Shown one piece after another: positions 13,330 through 27,868 of a DNA stretch of 64,000 nt. The translations under genes were made by a program, and so were the position numbers. Under the pieces are notes generated by a model. It was not told the origin of the DNA. It made no database searches and worked only from the letters and a program-made list of their open reading frames with translations. Position 1 is the stretch's first letter; each line of letters starts with the position of its first letter. Source of the stretch: Eledone cirrhosa (lineage: Eukaryota); assembly GCA_964016885.1 (NCBI GenBank), contig OZ024751.1, forward strand, positions 51,584,001 to 51,648,000, in the 5' to 3' direction.

Positions 13330-13623
13330 CATGGACGGTTGGGTGGGGGAAATTGCCCCGGGTCCCCTCCAGTGGGTGTTGGGGGCACAAGCGACGGTCG
13401 TAACAATTTATTTGTGCCCTCAGCGGGGCGTTTTAGTTTTAGGATGGTTAGAATTTTGGGATTTGATACCTGTATGTATAATTTTTTAATTCTAATTACT
13501 TGCGCCAAGCTACCTTTGATATCTAAAATTGGGGGTGGGGTGCTGTGTATTCTAATTTTTGTGTGTATGAGGGAGCCCTCCCCCTCCAAAACCGGAAGCT
13601 CCCCCGGTCTAAATCCAACCCTG
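13330..13623. mobile_element. hAT-type MITE
   Basis: CA...TG ends (catggacggtt / aatccaaccctg), GC-rich subterminal ccccgg motifs, 8-bp TSD ctagcagc/ctcgcagc. Confidence 0.65.
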
Positions 13624-14143
13624 CTCGCAGCATTACCACGAATGATGGCGAGGAAAAGGCGCTAATACAACAAGACACCCTCACAGGCATCAACGTATAT
13701 AGTGTTTATAAACTTATTTGAAGCATACCAACAAACTTTTAATTCCTTTTTTACTCTTTCAGAAAAGTATGAATGCCACAACATGACATTTTCCTATATG
13801 TTGAATTACTGACACGTGAATCGTATCCTAATCAAAGGGAAGCAATTATTAAACAACACGTGAAATATTGTTCTTTAATTCCTTTCCTTTATATATTAAT
13901 GACTCTCTTATTAGTATTATTGTTATTGTATTTTTTTTCTTTTTCCTTCAGTTTTGTTTCCATTTCTTGCCGAATATCTTCCCGATACTTATTATTATTA
14001 ATACCATATACCATCATCATTATCATTATCATCATCATCATCATCATCATCATTATTATTATTATTATTATCATTCGTTAATTATATTTATTCATATATT
14101 TTTATATCTAAACTTTCAGGATCATTTATCAATATTATTTTGT

Positions 14144-14207
<64 letters not shown>

Positions 14208-14604
14208 CGTGTGTGTGTATGTATGATATTTTTGTTTTTATTTTCTTGGTGCTGTTGGTGTTTTTCCTTCTATTATTTCCATCAGGTTTAATGATCCGCA
14301 AGAAGACAGGCGGAAATTACAGGACGTTGGTAAAGGGTTAAATTAACAAAAGGACATCATCTGCCGTTAGTAATTAAGGGTTGGCCAATCAACCGTGGCA
14401 TATAATTAATGAACACAATTTGAAATGAATACGTAAAAGTATAAACATATGAAAAGACTAACAACAACAACATCACCAGCACCACCACCAACAACAACAA
14501 CATCACCACCAACAACATCAACAACATCGCCACCACTACCACCAACAACAACATCAACTACAGAGTAGCAACTGCAATGTCAGCAACAACGAAGGAACAT
14601 CTAC

Positions 14605-14882
14605 ATGGTCATTCAACGTGCTAGAAGTAGCAAGCAAATCTCATTCAAATTCCAACCTACAGTCATAAAAAAGGAAGCGTACAGTGTCGGATTTACAATT
14701 GTGTTTAGGTGTGCTTAAGCACAGGGCCCTACTTCCTTCAGGGCCCAAGTAAGGCCCTTAAATAGCAGAGAGCCTCAATTGCCCTAAATCCGGCACTGGA
14801 AGTGTGCGTTGAATAATGTAGTCATAATTACAGTATGTCTGGAGAAAAAAACCGGATAGTCATGGCTGGAGTGCCCTTGATT
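14605..14882 (+). mobile_element. Unclassified dispersed repeat (other copies ~11870-11980 minus, 41690-41840, 42045-42235, 43960-44365)
   Basis: Shared blocks ctagaaatagcag..aaatctccctcaaa, ataatgt.gt, atggctggaa.g.ctttgatcatagg and ttggg.taaacaac. Confidence 0.6.
14682..14798. mobile_element. Short hAT-type MITE nested in the dispersed repeat
   Basis: TIR cagtgtcggattta / taaatccggcactg. Degenerate 8-bp TSD gaagcgta/gaagtgtg. Confidence 0.75.
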
Positions 14883-15432
14883 TTGAATCACACATTCACG
14901 GATGTAAAACTCAATAGTTTCTCCTGGGTAACTTGGGTGTTTCTGGTCTTACAGCATACACTCTCATTCAGGTGACACAACCGAGGTTGATCAAGCCTCA
15001 GTTTGTGTCTAGACTACTGACCTTCACCGGTCACTTTTCTTCAACTATAGCCATCTAGATGTCATCTCTGCTGCCTCTACGTTCTTCCTGGTGGCTCTCT
15101 TCCTGCTTACACACGTAATTCCTAGAGTTCCGTAAGCTTTACGAAGGGAAATAGTTGCAAACTTTCGACTGTCAACTTCCTAGAATCCCATCCTACTCTA
15201 GATCTGTGCTTTCGATAACCATTTTGGCTCAGAATCAAGTATTGATTATAGTTAGGGCTTCACTCATCTGATAAATACTGATATGTCCACTATGTCTGCA
15301 TGAAACTAGGCGAGGAATAGCTCTCATCTTTTATTATATAAAATGCATTAGACCCTTTATTTCTTAAAGTGTTTTACACCAGAAAATGTTTTACAAATGC
15401 ATGATATATACCAATATACAGGTACATGATTA

Positions 15433-15531
<99 letters not shown>

Positions 15532-16119
15532 CATGCATACATATATGAAGAGACAGGCAGGCAGATAGATAGATAAATCGATAGATCGATAGATAGATAG
15601 ACAGATAGAAGATACAGCACATTGGCGTAGCATGTATTTCGTTGATGTTGAAACACAGGAAGATGTGTTCGTTTGAAGATTAATGTGTAGATGATTAGAA
15701 GATATTTTGTAGGTAAGGAAATTACAGGTGAAACATGAAATCTGTGTTTATCTATCAAAGAACTTATATCAAAGTATAGATGAAAGATTTTATATTTCTG
15801 AACTTTGAATGATTCTCAGTCTTCCTCTACTGGATGGTGGAATTCCTGTGGACAATTTGACCAACTTACTTTCCATTTTACTGGAATATTCCAATGAGAT
15901 CGGAAACACAGATAATTCCGAATATATTATGATCCCAAAAATGAAACAAGAAGAGAGATGGAAGAGGAGGATGAGAAGAAGGAGACAGAGGACGGTGTAG
16001 GGAAGGAGTTGGGTTGATAAAAACAGCCGCATGAAGTAGTATAAAGAATGATAAATGAAAGAATGAAACTGATGAAGAAGGTAACGAAAGATGAGAAGAA
16101 CGGATAACAGGGAGAAAAA

Positions 16120-16490
16120 GGAGTATTTGTTTCGGCTCTCTGCTCTCGCTGAGTTCAAATCCCGCTGAAGGCAGCTTTGTTTTTCATACTTCCGGGGTCG
16201 ATAAAATAAAGTACCAGTCATGTACTTGAGGCCGATTTAATCGATTTTCTCCCACCCCCTGTTGGCCTTGTGTCTAAATTAGAAATTATTGGCAGTATCG
16301 GTGGATTGGCAACTGCTTCGTGGCATAGATTTACGGCCCTTCGCGTTCTGAGTTCAAATCCCGCCGAGATTAACTTTGCCTTTCATCCTTACGGGGTCGA
16401 TAAAATAAAGAACCAGTGACGCACTGGGGTCGATTTAATCGTATTTCCCCTCCCTAGAATTGCTTGCCTTGTACCTAAATCAGAAACCAT
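16120..16490 (+). mobile_element. Two adjacent family-A SINE copies
   Basis: Each has gagttcaaatcccgc.ga.g..aactttg.ctttcat.ctt.cggggtcgataaaataaag.accagt...ggccttgt..ctaaat.agaaa. Confidence 0.85.
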
Positions 16491-16976
16491 TATATGATGT
16501 CTTTTTTTTTCTCTTATAGAGTTTCACTTCCAATGTGATGTCACAAATACAGACGACATATTCCAATAATTCACCTTTCCAGAATTAAATAGGAGAAAAG
16601 TTAATAAAAAAAAAATGACGTAGATAAATAGATAAATAAATAAGTAAATAAAATAAAATTTTAGGACTGTCAAAACAAAACAACTGACAAAACAAAATAA
16701 AACAAATCAAAACACTACCTTTCCACCTTCCAACACCACCATCTTGTCCACGTCGCCCACATAACGACGGTTATAAAAATGAAAATATTTCATTTTTGTA
16801 AAAATTACATTTATTTTAGGTTAAAGCTGTGTATATGAGTGGTGATGATGGTCGTGGTGGTGGTGACAGTGATGGCGATGGTGGTGGTGATAATGGTGTT
16901 GGAAATGGTGGTAGTGTGTGTGGGGGGGGGGGGACTGAGTAGAGGAAATATTCTCATTAATTGTACTGCAGTGTGT

Positions 16977-17040
<64 letters not shown>

Positions 17041-17189
17041 CATATATATATGTATATATATATACATATTTATATATATAATTATATATATATACATATT
17101 TATATATATATATGCATATATAATATACATACACACACACACATATATATATATATATACTTATATATATATATTTATATATATATACA

Positions 17190-17240
<51 letters not shown>

Positions 17241-17653
17241 TCATACATATATATACATATATATACATATAATACCAATCATGTATTCAATTATTTTGAA
17301 GACTTACATCAAAAAGACCAATTTCAATAAATCCAATTTTTACCAAAAGTTGATAAGATATATAAAAAAAATCATATCTGTTTATCTGTTGCAATTTGTC
17401 TGTTACTATCATTCTCCATTTTGTTTTGTTTCATTTTTTTCCTTATTCAAAAGGTTTTCTCTTAACATTTTGCTATCTCCCAGTTGTTATTGACTGGGGT
17501 GATTTTTGTGGTTATCTCAAATCTCACGTGCTATTTCTCTCCTTGCTTCAATAAATATTTCAACTATTTCACTTCCTAGATCAAACGAAACCAGTGTTTC
17601 TGTTTTTAATCACCAGACAACACATGTGGCTTATATATATGTATGTATGTATG

Positions 17654-17685
<32 letters not shown>

Positions 17686-17756
17686 CGTATATATATATAT
17701 ATACGTATATATATATACGTATATATATATATATATACGTATATATATATATATAC

Positions 17757-17849
<93 letters not shown>

Positions 17850-17850
17850 C

Positions 17851-17892
<42 letters not shown>

Positions 17893-17893
17893 G

Positions 17894-17931
<38 letters not shown>

Positions 17932-17984
17932 AATTAAATATATATATATATATATATAAATTAAATATATATATATAATTACGC

Positions 17985-18017
<33 letters not shown>

Positions 18018-18041
18018 AATTAAATATATATATATAATTAC

Positions 18042-18073
<32 letters not shown>

Positions 18074-18211
18074 GTATATATATACATATATATATATATA
18101 AATTAAATATATATATAAATATATACATATATATATAAATAAATATATATAAGTATATATATATATATATATGTATACATATACACACACATATAAATAC
18201 ATATACATACA

Positions 18212-18287
<76 letters not shown>

Positions 18288-18359
18288 ATATATAATAATG
18301 TATCCATGACCTATATGTATGCTTGATATATACTACCAGGATATATATATATATATATT

Positions 18360-18420
<61 letters not shown>

Positions 18421-18717
18421 CATGATCTACATACAGGTATGACTTAACATATGCTATATGGTTATTATGGTTATATATACTTTTGATGTTTTATGGATAT
18501 AATCCTGTCATATATAAATATATATGACAAATAAATATACGTTTGACATATGGTATTTTGATATGAAGCTGCCATATCATACCCCCCCCCCTTCATACAC
18601 GCCTTCATGTATATAGATATGGATATAGGTATTGACAGATAATATATAAATACTTCATATATTCTATACTGATATGTGTTTGACATGTACTTACGTAAAT
18701 ATACACATTCATTATGC

Positions 18718-18769
<52 letters not shown>

Positions 18770-18839
18770 GTATGTATATATGTGTATATATATATATATG
18801 TCTGTGTGTGGTGTGTGTGTGTGTACATGTATTTATGTA

Positions 18840-18901
<62 letters not shown>

Positions 18902-19013
18902 TGTATGTATATATGTGTATATATGTGTATATATATATATGTATGTATATATGTGTGTATATATATATGTATATATGTATATATGTGTGTATATATATAT
19001 ATGTATATATGTA

Positions 19014-19086
<73 letters not shown>

Positions 19087-19090
19087 TATA

Positions 19091-19129
<39 letters not shown>

Positions 19130-19160
19130 GTGTGTGTATATATATATATATATATATGTA

Positions 19161-19191
<31 letters not shown>

Positions 19192-19199
19192 GTATATAT

Positions 19200-19449
19200 G
19201 TAGATAAATCTACCAAGAGTTTACGGTAGTGTCCAATCCGTATGAAGAACTCAATGTATTCCGGATATCATGGAAAGAAGAGATGTAATGAAAGACCACT
19301 TTCGGTGAAAGATAAACGGTATACAGAGTCAAGATAAAATATTAAACAAATAATGAATAAACAATTCCTTATATTAAACAAAAAAAGTTCATGAACTTTT
19401 TTTGTTTAATATAAGGAATTGTTTATTCATTATTTGTTTAATATTTTAT
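19200..19449. mobile_element. Perfect 116-bp palindrome (19334-19449) with one-sided extension, between TA runs
   Basis: 58-bp arms with zero spacer, centred on gttca|tgaac. The arm is similar to 50803-50860, the sequence just 3' of a hammerhead. Confidence 0.85.
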
Positions 19450-19474
19450 ATGTATATATATGTATATATATATT

Positions 19475-19570
<96 letters not shown>

Positions 19571-20011
19571 ATATACATATATATATATATATACTTACGG
19601 TAAACCTGTTATCTAATCGGGTAACGTTTCTGACACACCAATCAGTGAATAATGACGCCATTAGATTTAAGCACCCAATATCGTGTTTTCATCCAAATAC
19701 AATTTGTTTGTTCGTGACATAATATATGTACAGTAAGGATAATTACAAAGGTCCGATATAGACGTTCAAAATTCCTTTATTCATAAAACTGTGATACATA
19801 TTTCAATGGCATTCTTTGTTATCTGGTGCTTCAGTTACGCAACCAGTAACACTACATCATCAGACAGTATCTTCTGCAATAAATTTATGTTATTATGCAA
19901 AATAAGCTTATGAAAAAGGAATGGATCTCCGTTGTGAAAATCGGTCCGTCCCCTTGTCGTGTTTGGGGTATCTGGCCCCTTGGACCCTCCCGGAATACGT
20001 AGGTGAAGAAG

Positions 20012-20087
<76 letters not shown>

Positions 20088-20175
20088 GTATATGGTTGGC
20101 AGACAGGTGTGAGAAAAGAGTACTCAATACCGAAGTAGAGTTTTAATATTCATTTTATTAAGGCTAAATGGTAAG

Positions 20176-20229
20176 TCTTGTTACTCGGGTGTTTCGCCTG
20201 TTTATTACACACAGGTTCATCAGACAAGA
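20176..20229 (-). ncRNA. Type I hammerhead ribozyme motif
   Basis: Minus strand: tcttgt CTGATGA acctgt..acaggc GAAA cacccgag TA acaaga. Perfect 6-bp stem I, cctgt/acagg stem II. Confidence 0.8.
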
Positions 20230-20233
20230 ACAG

Positions 20234-20286
20234 TTCTTCTCTGATGACCCTGTGATAAACAGGCGAAACTCCAGAGTAACAAAACT
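20234..20286 (+). ncRNA. Type I hammerhead ribozyme motif
   Basis: ttcttct CTGATGA ccctgtgataaacaggc GAAA ctccagag TA acaaaa. Stem III ctc/gag. Stem I partly decayed. Confidence 0.7.
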
Positions 20287-20318
20287 CATTATTTAGCCTT
20301 AATAAAACGAATACATAC

Positions 20319-20376
<58 letters not shown>

Positions 20377-20407
20377 ATGTGTGTATGTATGTATGTATGC
20401 TTGTATG

Positions 20408-20448
<41 letters not shown>

Positions 20449-20791
20449 GTGTAGCACGTATCGGTAACACTAGTTGCAGGCGATAAATCGTCCTCCGCCC
20501 AACGTCCAAGACCACTACACCTTAACTTTCCACTAAATAAACGGCTTTGCCATAAAGTCTGGCTGTCGCCGCCTTGTCAGATGAAAAGTATAACAGAGTG
20601 GCAAGAAGCCATCGTCCGTTTCCGCTTGGCGGCGTCTGCAAGGCATGCAGCCAATCGGATCGGCGTGATACATATATAAAACCGACGTCATCTCCTCCCT
20701 TCTTTTCTGTTTTATATTGATGGCGGTGCAATCAAAATGGTTACAGGGTGTGGTTGGAGCCAGTAAAACAATAGTAATGATATTAGTTTCT

Positions 20792-20880
<89 letters not shown>

Positions 20881-20974
20881 GCACGCACGCACGCACGCGC
20901 GCGCGCGCGCGCGCGCTCCTTGTATGATAGGGAACGTCAACCTGGGGTTTGATTTCAAATTCAACATAATATCT

Positions 20975-21278
20975 GTTTCTAGTTTTGGTACAAAGCCAAT
21001 CATTTTTTGTTGGTGGGGAAGGGAAAATTCGATTAAATCAACCCTAATACATTACTGGTACTTTATTTTATCGAGCCCATACGGATGAAAGGCAAAGTTG
21101 ACCTCAGTGGGATTTGAACTCAGAACGTAAAGAACCACAACTATAATTGTTTCTAACATGGGTACAAAGCCAGAAATTTGGGGAGGAAAGGAATCTTGAT
21201 TATATCGATCTTTGAACTTCACTGGTATTTTTTTTTTTTCTTGACCTCGGAAGGATAAAAGGCAAAATTAACCTCAAC
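20975..21278 (-). mobile_element. Two family-A SINE copies (minus strand)
   Basis: actggtactttattttatcga...ggatgaaaggcaaagttgacctc..gggatttgaactcagaacgtaa. Confidence 0.8.
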
Positions 21279-21394
21279 AGTGATGGATGTTGGTGGTGGT
21301 GGTAGTGGTGTTGATACAGGATCCGAAATCGGAAAGTAAAAAAACCGAAATAAATACCATCTCGTCCTCAATGAGCACATCACTCTGTATTATC

Positions 21395-21543
21395 TGCTTT
21401 CCAGCATAGTTACGTCCCTTTACGATCTGAGTTCAAATCCCGCCGAGGTTGACTTTGCCTTTCATCCTTACGGGGTCGATAAAATAAAGTACCAGTAATG
21501 CACTGGGTAATTGCTGGCCTTGTGCCTAAAGTAGAAACAATTA
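21395..21543 (+). mobile_element. Family-A SINE, 5'-truncated
   Basis: B box, conserved core and ...ggccttgtgcctaaagtagaaacaatta terminus. Confidence 0.85.
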
Positions 21544-21789
21544 TCTACTTTCAAGGAATTCAGAAAATCCAATGGGTTCTTCAATGATTATAAAGACTGG
21601 GAATTTCTCGTGATCCCAGGTGGAGATGGACTCCTCCGTATGAGGTCTTGACTCACCCTTGCTTTTCTCTGTCACCTTACTTTGGACCTTTATATATTTA
21701 TAGTGGTACTGGTGCTGGTGGTGGTGGTAGTGGTAGTGGTGGTGCGGGGCTATTTTAGCTCTCGTTTCCATCTCAACTCTCGCGTCTCA

Positions 21790-24700
21790 GGGCGATAGAT
21801 GTGGTACTACTCGGAAAGGAAGATGATAGATGGGGTACTATTCGGTGAGGGAGATGAGAGATGGGGTACTACTCAGAGAGGGAGGCGATAGATGTGGTGG
21901 GTACTACTTAGTGACGGACGGAGACGACAGATGTGATACTATTCGGAGAGGAAAACGAGAGATGTGGTACTAGTTGGAGACGGAGACGACGGGTGTGGTA
22001 CTACTTGGAGACGGAGACGACAGATGTGGTACTACTTGGAGACGGAGACGACAGATGTGGTACTAGTTGGAGACGGAGACGACGGGTGTGGTACTACATG
22101 GAGACGGAGACGACAGATGTGGTACTACATGGAGACGGAGACGACAGATGTGGTACTACATGGAGACGGAGACGACGGATGTGGTACTACATGGAGACGG
22201 AGACGACAGATGTGGTACTACTTGGAGACGGAGACGACAGATGTGGTACTACTTGGAGACGGAGACGACAGATGTGGTACTACATGGAGACGGAGACGAC
22301 AGATGTGATACTACTTGGAGACAGAGACGACAGATGTGGTACGACATGGAGACGGAGACGACAGATGTGGTACTACATGGAGACGGAGACGACAGATGTG
22401 GTACTACTTGGAGACGGAGACGACGGATGTGATACTACTTGGAAACGGAGACGACAGATGTGGTACTACATGGAGACGGAGACGACAGATGTGGTACTAC
22501 ATGGAGACGGAGACGACAGATGTGATACTACTTGGGGACGGAGACGACGGGTGTGGTACTAGTTGGAGACGGAAACGACAGATGTGGTACTAGTTGGAGA
22601 CGGAGACGACGGGTGTGGTACTACTTGGAGACGGAGACGACAGATGTGGTACTACTTGGAGACGGAGACGACAGATGTGGTACTACATGGAGACGGAGAC
22701 GACAGATGTGATACTACTTGGAGACAGAGACGACAGATGTGGTACGACATGGAGACGGAGACGACAGATGTGGTACTACATGGAGACGGAGACGACGGAT
22801 GTGGTACTACATGGAGACGGAGACGACAGATGTGGTACTACTTGGAGACGGAGACGACAGATGTGGTACTACTTGGAGACGGAGACGACGGATGTGATAC
22901 TACTTGGAAACGGAGACGACAGATGTGGTACTACATGGAGACGGAGACGACAGATGTGGTACTACATGGAGACGGAGACGACAGATGTGATACTACTTGG
23001 AGACAGAGACGACAGATGTGGTACGACATGGAGACGGAGACGACAGATGTGGTACTACATGGAGACGGAGACGACAGATGTGGTACTACATGGAGACGGA
23101 GACGACAGATGTGGTACTACTTGGAGACGGAGACGACAGATGTGGTACTACTTGGAGACGGAGACGACAGATGTGGTACTACATGGAGACGGAGACGACA
23201 GATGTGATACTACTTGGAGACAGAGACGACAGATGTGGTACGACATGGAGACGGAGACGACAGATGTGGTACTACATGGAGACGGAGACGACAGATGTGG
23301 TACTACTTGGAGACGGAGACGACGGATGTGATACTACTTGGAAACGGAGACGACAGATGTGGTACTACATGGAGACGGAGACGACAGATGTGGTACTACA
23401 TGGAGACGGAGACGACAGATGTGATACTACTTGGGGACGGAGACGACGGGTGTGGTACTAGTTGGAGACGGAAACGACAGATGTGGTACTAGTTGGAGAC
23501 GGAGACGACGGGTGTGGTACTACTTGGAGACGGAGACGACAGATGTGGTACTACTTGGAGACGGAGACGACAGATGTGGTACTACATGGAGACGGAGACG
23601 ACAGATGTGATACTACTTGGAGACAGAGACGACAGATGTGGTACGACATGGAGACGGAGACGACAGATGTGGTACTACATGGAGACGGAGACGACAGATG
23701 TGGTACTACTTGGAGACGGAGACGACGGATGTGATACTACTTGGAAACGGAGACGACAGATGTGGTACTACATGGAGACGGAGACGACAGATGTGGTACT
23801 ACATGGAGACGGAGACGACAGATGTGATACTACTTGGAGACAGAGACGACAGATGTGGTACGACATGGAGACGGAGACGACAGATGTGGTACTACATGGA
23901 GACGGAGACGACAGATGTGATACTACTTGGAGACAGAGACGACAGATGTGGTACGACGTGGAGACGGAGACGACAGATGTGGTACTACATGGAGACGGAG
24001 ACGACAGATGTGGTACTACTTGGAGACGGAGACGACGGATGTGATACTACTTGGAAACGGAGACGACAGATGTGGTACTACATGGAGACGGAGACGACAG
24101 ATGTGGTACTACATGGAGACGGAGACGACAGATGTGGTACTACTTGGAGACGGAGACGACAGATGTGGTACTACTTGGAGACGGAGACGACAGATGTGGT
24201 ACTACATGGAGACGGAGACGACAGATGTGATACTACTTGGAGACGGAGACGACAGATGTGGTACTACTTGGAGACGGAGACGACAGATGTGATACTACTT
24301 GGAGACGGAGACGACAGATGTGGTACTACTTGGAGACGGAGACGACAGATGTGGTACTACTTGGAGACGGAGACGACAGATGTGATACTACTTGGAGACG
24401 GAGACGACAGATGTGGTACTAGTTGGAGACGGAGACGACAGATGTGGTACTAGTTGGAGACGGAGACGACAGATGTGGTACTAGTTGGAGACGGAGACGA
24501 CAGATGTTGTACTACTTGGAGACGGAGACGACAGATGTGGTACTACATGGAGACGGAGACGACAGATGTGGTACTACATGGAGACGGAGACGACAGATGT
24601 GATACTACTTGGAGACAGAGACGACAGATGTGGTACGACATGGAGACGGAGACGACAGATGTGGTACTACATGGAGACGGAGACGACAGATGTGGTACTA

Positions 24701-27700
24701 CTTGGAGACGGAGACGACAGATGTGGTACTACTTGGAGACGGAGACGACAGATGTGGTACTACATGGAGACGGAGACGACAGATGTGATACTACTTGGAG
24801 ACAGAGACGACAGATGTGGTACGACATGGAGACGGAGACGACAGATGTGGTACTACTTGGAGACGGAGACGACGGATGTGATACTACTTGGAAACGGAGA
24901 CGACAGATGTGGTACTACATGGAGACGGAGACGACAGATGTGGTACTACATGGAGACGGAGACGACAGATGTGATACTACTTGGAGACAGAGACGACAGA
25001 TGTGGTACGACATGGAGACGGAGACGACAGATGTGGTACTACATGGAGACGGAGACGACAGATGTGATACTACTTGGAGACAGAGACGACAGATGTGGTA
25101 CGACATGGAGACGGAGACGACAGATGTGGTACTACATGGAGACGGAGACGACAGATGTGGTACTACTTGGAGACGGAGACGACGGATGTGATACTACTTG
25201 GAAACGGAGACGACAGATGTGGTACTACATGGAGACGGAGACGACAGATGTGGTACTACATGGAGACGGAGACGACAGATGTGATACTACTTGGGGACGG
25301 AGACGACGGGTGTGGTACTAGTTGGAGACGGAAACGACAGATGTGGTACTAGTTGGAGACGGAGACGACGGGTGTGGTACTACTTGGAGACGGAGACGAC
25401 AGATGTGGTACTACTTGGAGACGGAGACGACAGATGTGGTACTACATGGAGACGGAGACGACAGATGTGATACTACTTGGAGACAGAGACGACAGATGTG
25501 GTACGACATGGAGACGGAGACGACAGATGTGGTACTACATGGAGACGGAGACGACAGATGTGGTACTACTTGGAGACGGAGACGACGGATGTGATACTAC
25601 TTGGAAACGGAGACGACAGATGTGGTACTACATGGAGACGGAGACGACAGATGTGGTACTACATGGAGACGGAGACGACAGATGTGATACTACTTGGAGA
25701 CAGAGACGACAGATGTGGTACGACATGGAGACGGAGACGACAGATGTGGTACTACATGGAGACGGAGACGACAGATGTGATACTACTTGGAGACAGAGAC
25801 GACAGATGTGGTACGACGTGGAGACGGAGACGACAGATGTGGTACTACATGGAGACGGAGACGACAGATGTGGTACTACTTGGAGACGGAGACGACGGAT
25901 GTGATACTACTTGGAAACGGAGACGACAGATGTGGTACTACATGGAGACGGAGACGACAGATGTGGTACTACATGGAGACGGAGACGACAGATGTGGTAC
26001 TACTTGGAGACGGAGACGACAGATGTGGTACTACTTGGAGACGGAGACGACAGATGTGGTACTACATGGAGACGGAGACGACAGATGTGATACTACTTGG
26101 AGACGGAGACGACAGATGTGGTACTACTTGGAGACGGAGACGACAGATGTGATACTACTTGGAGACGGAGACGACAGATGTGGTACTACTTGGAGACGGA
26201 GACGACAGATGTGGTACTACTTGGAGACGGAGACGACAGATGTGATACTACTTGGAGACGGAGACGACAGATGTGGTACGACATGGAGACGGAGACGACA
26301 GATGTGGTACTAGTTGGAGACGGAGACGACAGATGTGGTACTAGTTGGAGACGGAGACGACAGATGTGGTACTAGTTGGAGACGGAGACGACAGATGTTG
26401 TACTACTTGGAGACGGAGACGACAGATGTGGTACTACTTGGAGACGGAGACGACAGATGTGATACTACTTGGAGACGGAGACGACAGATGTGGTACTAGT
26501 TGGAGACGGAGACGACAGATGTGGTACTAGTTGGAGACGGAGACGACAGATGTGGTACTAGTTGGAGACGGAGACGACAGATGTGGTACTAGTTGGAGAC
26601 GGAGACGACAGATGTTGTACTACTTGGAGACGGAGACGACAGATGTGGTACTACTTGGAGACGGAGACGACAGATGTGATACTACTTGGAGACGGAGACG
26701 ACAGATGTGGTACTAGTTGGAGACGGAGACGACAGATGTGGTACTAGTTGGAGACGGAGACGACAGATGTGGTACTAGTTGGAGACGGAGACGACAGATG
26801 TGGTACTAGTTGGAGACGGAGACGACAGATGTGGTACTACTTGGAGACGGAGACGACAGATGTGGTACTACTTGGAGACGGAGACGACAGATGTGATACT
26901 ACTTGGAGACGGAGACGACAGATGTGGTACTAGTTGGAGACGGAGACGACAGATGTTGTACTACTTGGAGACGGAGACGACAGATGTGGTACTACTTGGA
27001 GACGGAGACGACAGATGTGATACTACTTGGAGACGGAGACGACAGATGTGGTACTAGTTGGAGACGGAGACGACAGATGTGGTACTAGTTGGAGACGGAG
27101 ACGACAGATGTGGTACTAGTTGGAGACGGAGACGACAGATGTGGTACTAGTTGGAGACGGAGACGACAGATGTGGTACTACTTGGAGACGGAGACGACAG
27201 ATGTGATACTACTTGGAGACGGAGACGACAGATGTGGTACTAGTTGGAGACGGAGACGACAGATGTGGTACTACTTGGAGACGGAGACGACAGATGTGGT
27301 ACTACTTGGAGACGGAGACGACAGATGTGATACTACTTGGAGACGGAGACGACAGATGTGGTACTAGTTGGAGACGGAGACGACAGATGTTGTACTACTT
27401 GGAGACGGAGACGACAGATGTGGTACTACTTGGAGACGGAGACGACAGATGTGATACTACTTGGAGACGGAGACGACAGATGTGGTACTAGTTGGAGACG
27501 GAGACGACAGATGTGGTACTAGTTGGAGACGGAGACGACAGATGTGGTACTAGTTGGAGACGGAGACGACAGATGTGGTACTAGTTGGAGACGGAGACGA
27601 CAGATGTTGTACTACTTGGAGACGGAGACGACAGATGTGGTACTACTTGGAGACGGAGACGACAGATGTGATACTACTTGGAGACGGAGACGACAGATGT

Positions 27701-27868
27701 GGTACTAGTTGGAGACGGAGACGACAGATGTGGTACTAGTTGGAGACGGAGACGACAGATGTGGTACTAGTTGGAGACGGAGACGACAGATGTGGTACTA
27801 GTTGGAGACGGAGACGACAGATGTGGTACTACTTGGAGACGGAGACGACAGATGTGGTACTACTCAGA
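21790..27868. repeat. 31-bp GC-rich minisatellite, ~195 units, with higher-order repeats
   Basis: Unit ggagacggagacgacagatgtggtactactt with few variant positions. Identical ORF translations recur at offsets of 899, 1860 and 217 bp. Confidence 0.97.

Larger units (their letters stand above)
20085..20313. mobile_element. Fold-back mini-element with two divergently oriented hammerhead motifs plus tail
   Basis: Imperfect arms 20148-20230 / 20234-20313, left tail 20085-20147, TA runs on both sides. Confidence 0.85.

Noticed and set aside
21790-27868. CRISPR array or repeat-protein gene (METETTDVV... ORFs)
   Set aside because: Contiguous 31-bp units with no unique spacers and no cas genes. The ORFs cycle through all three frames, as expected from a non-triplet tandem repeat.
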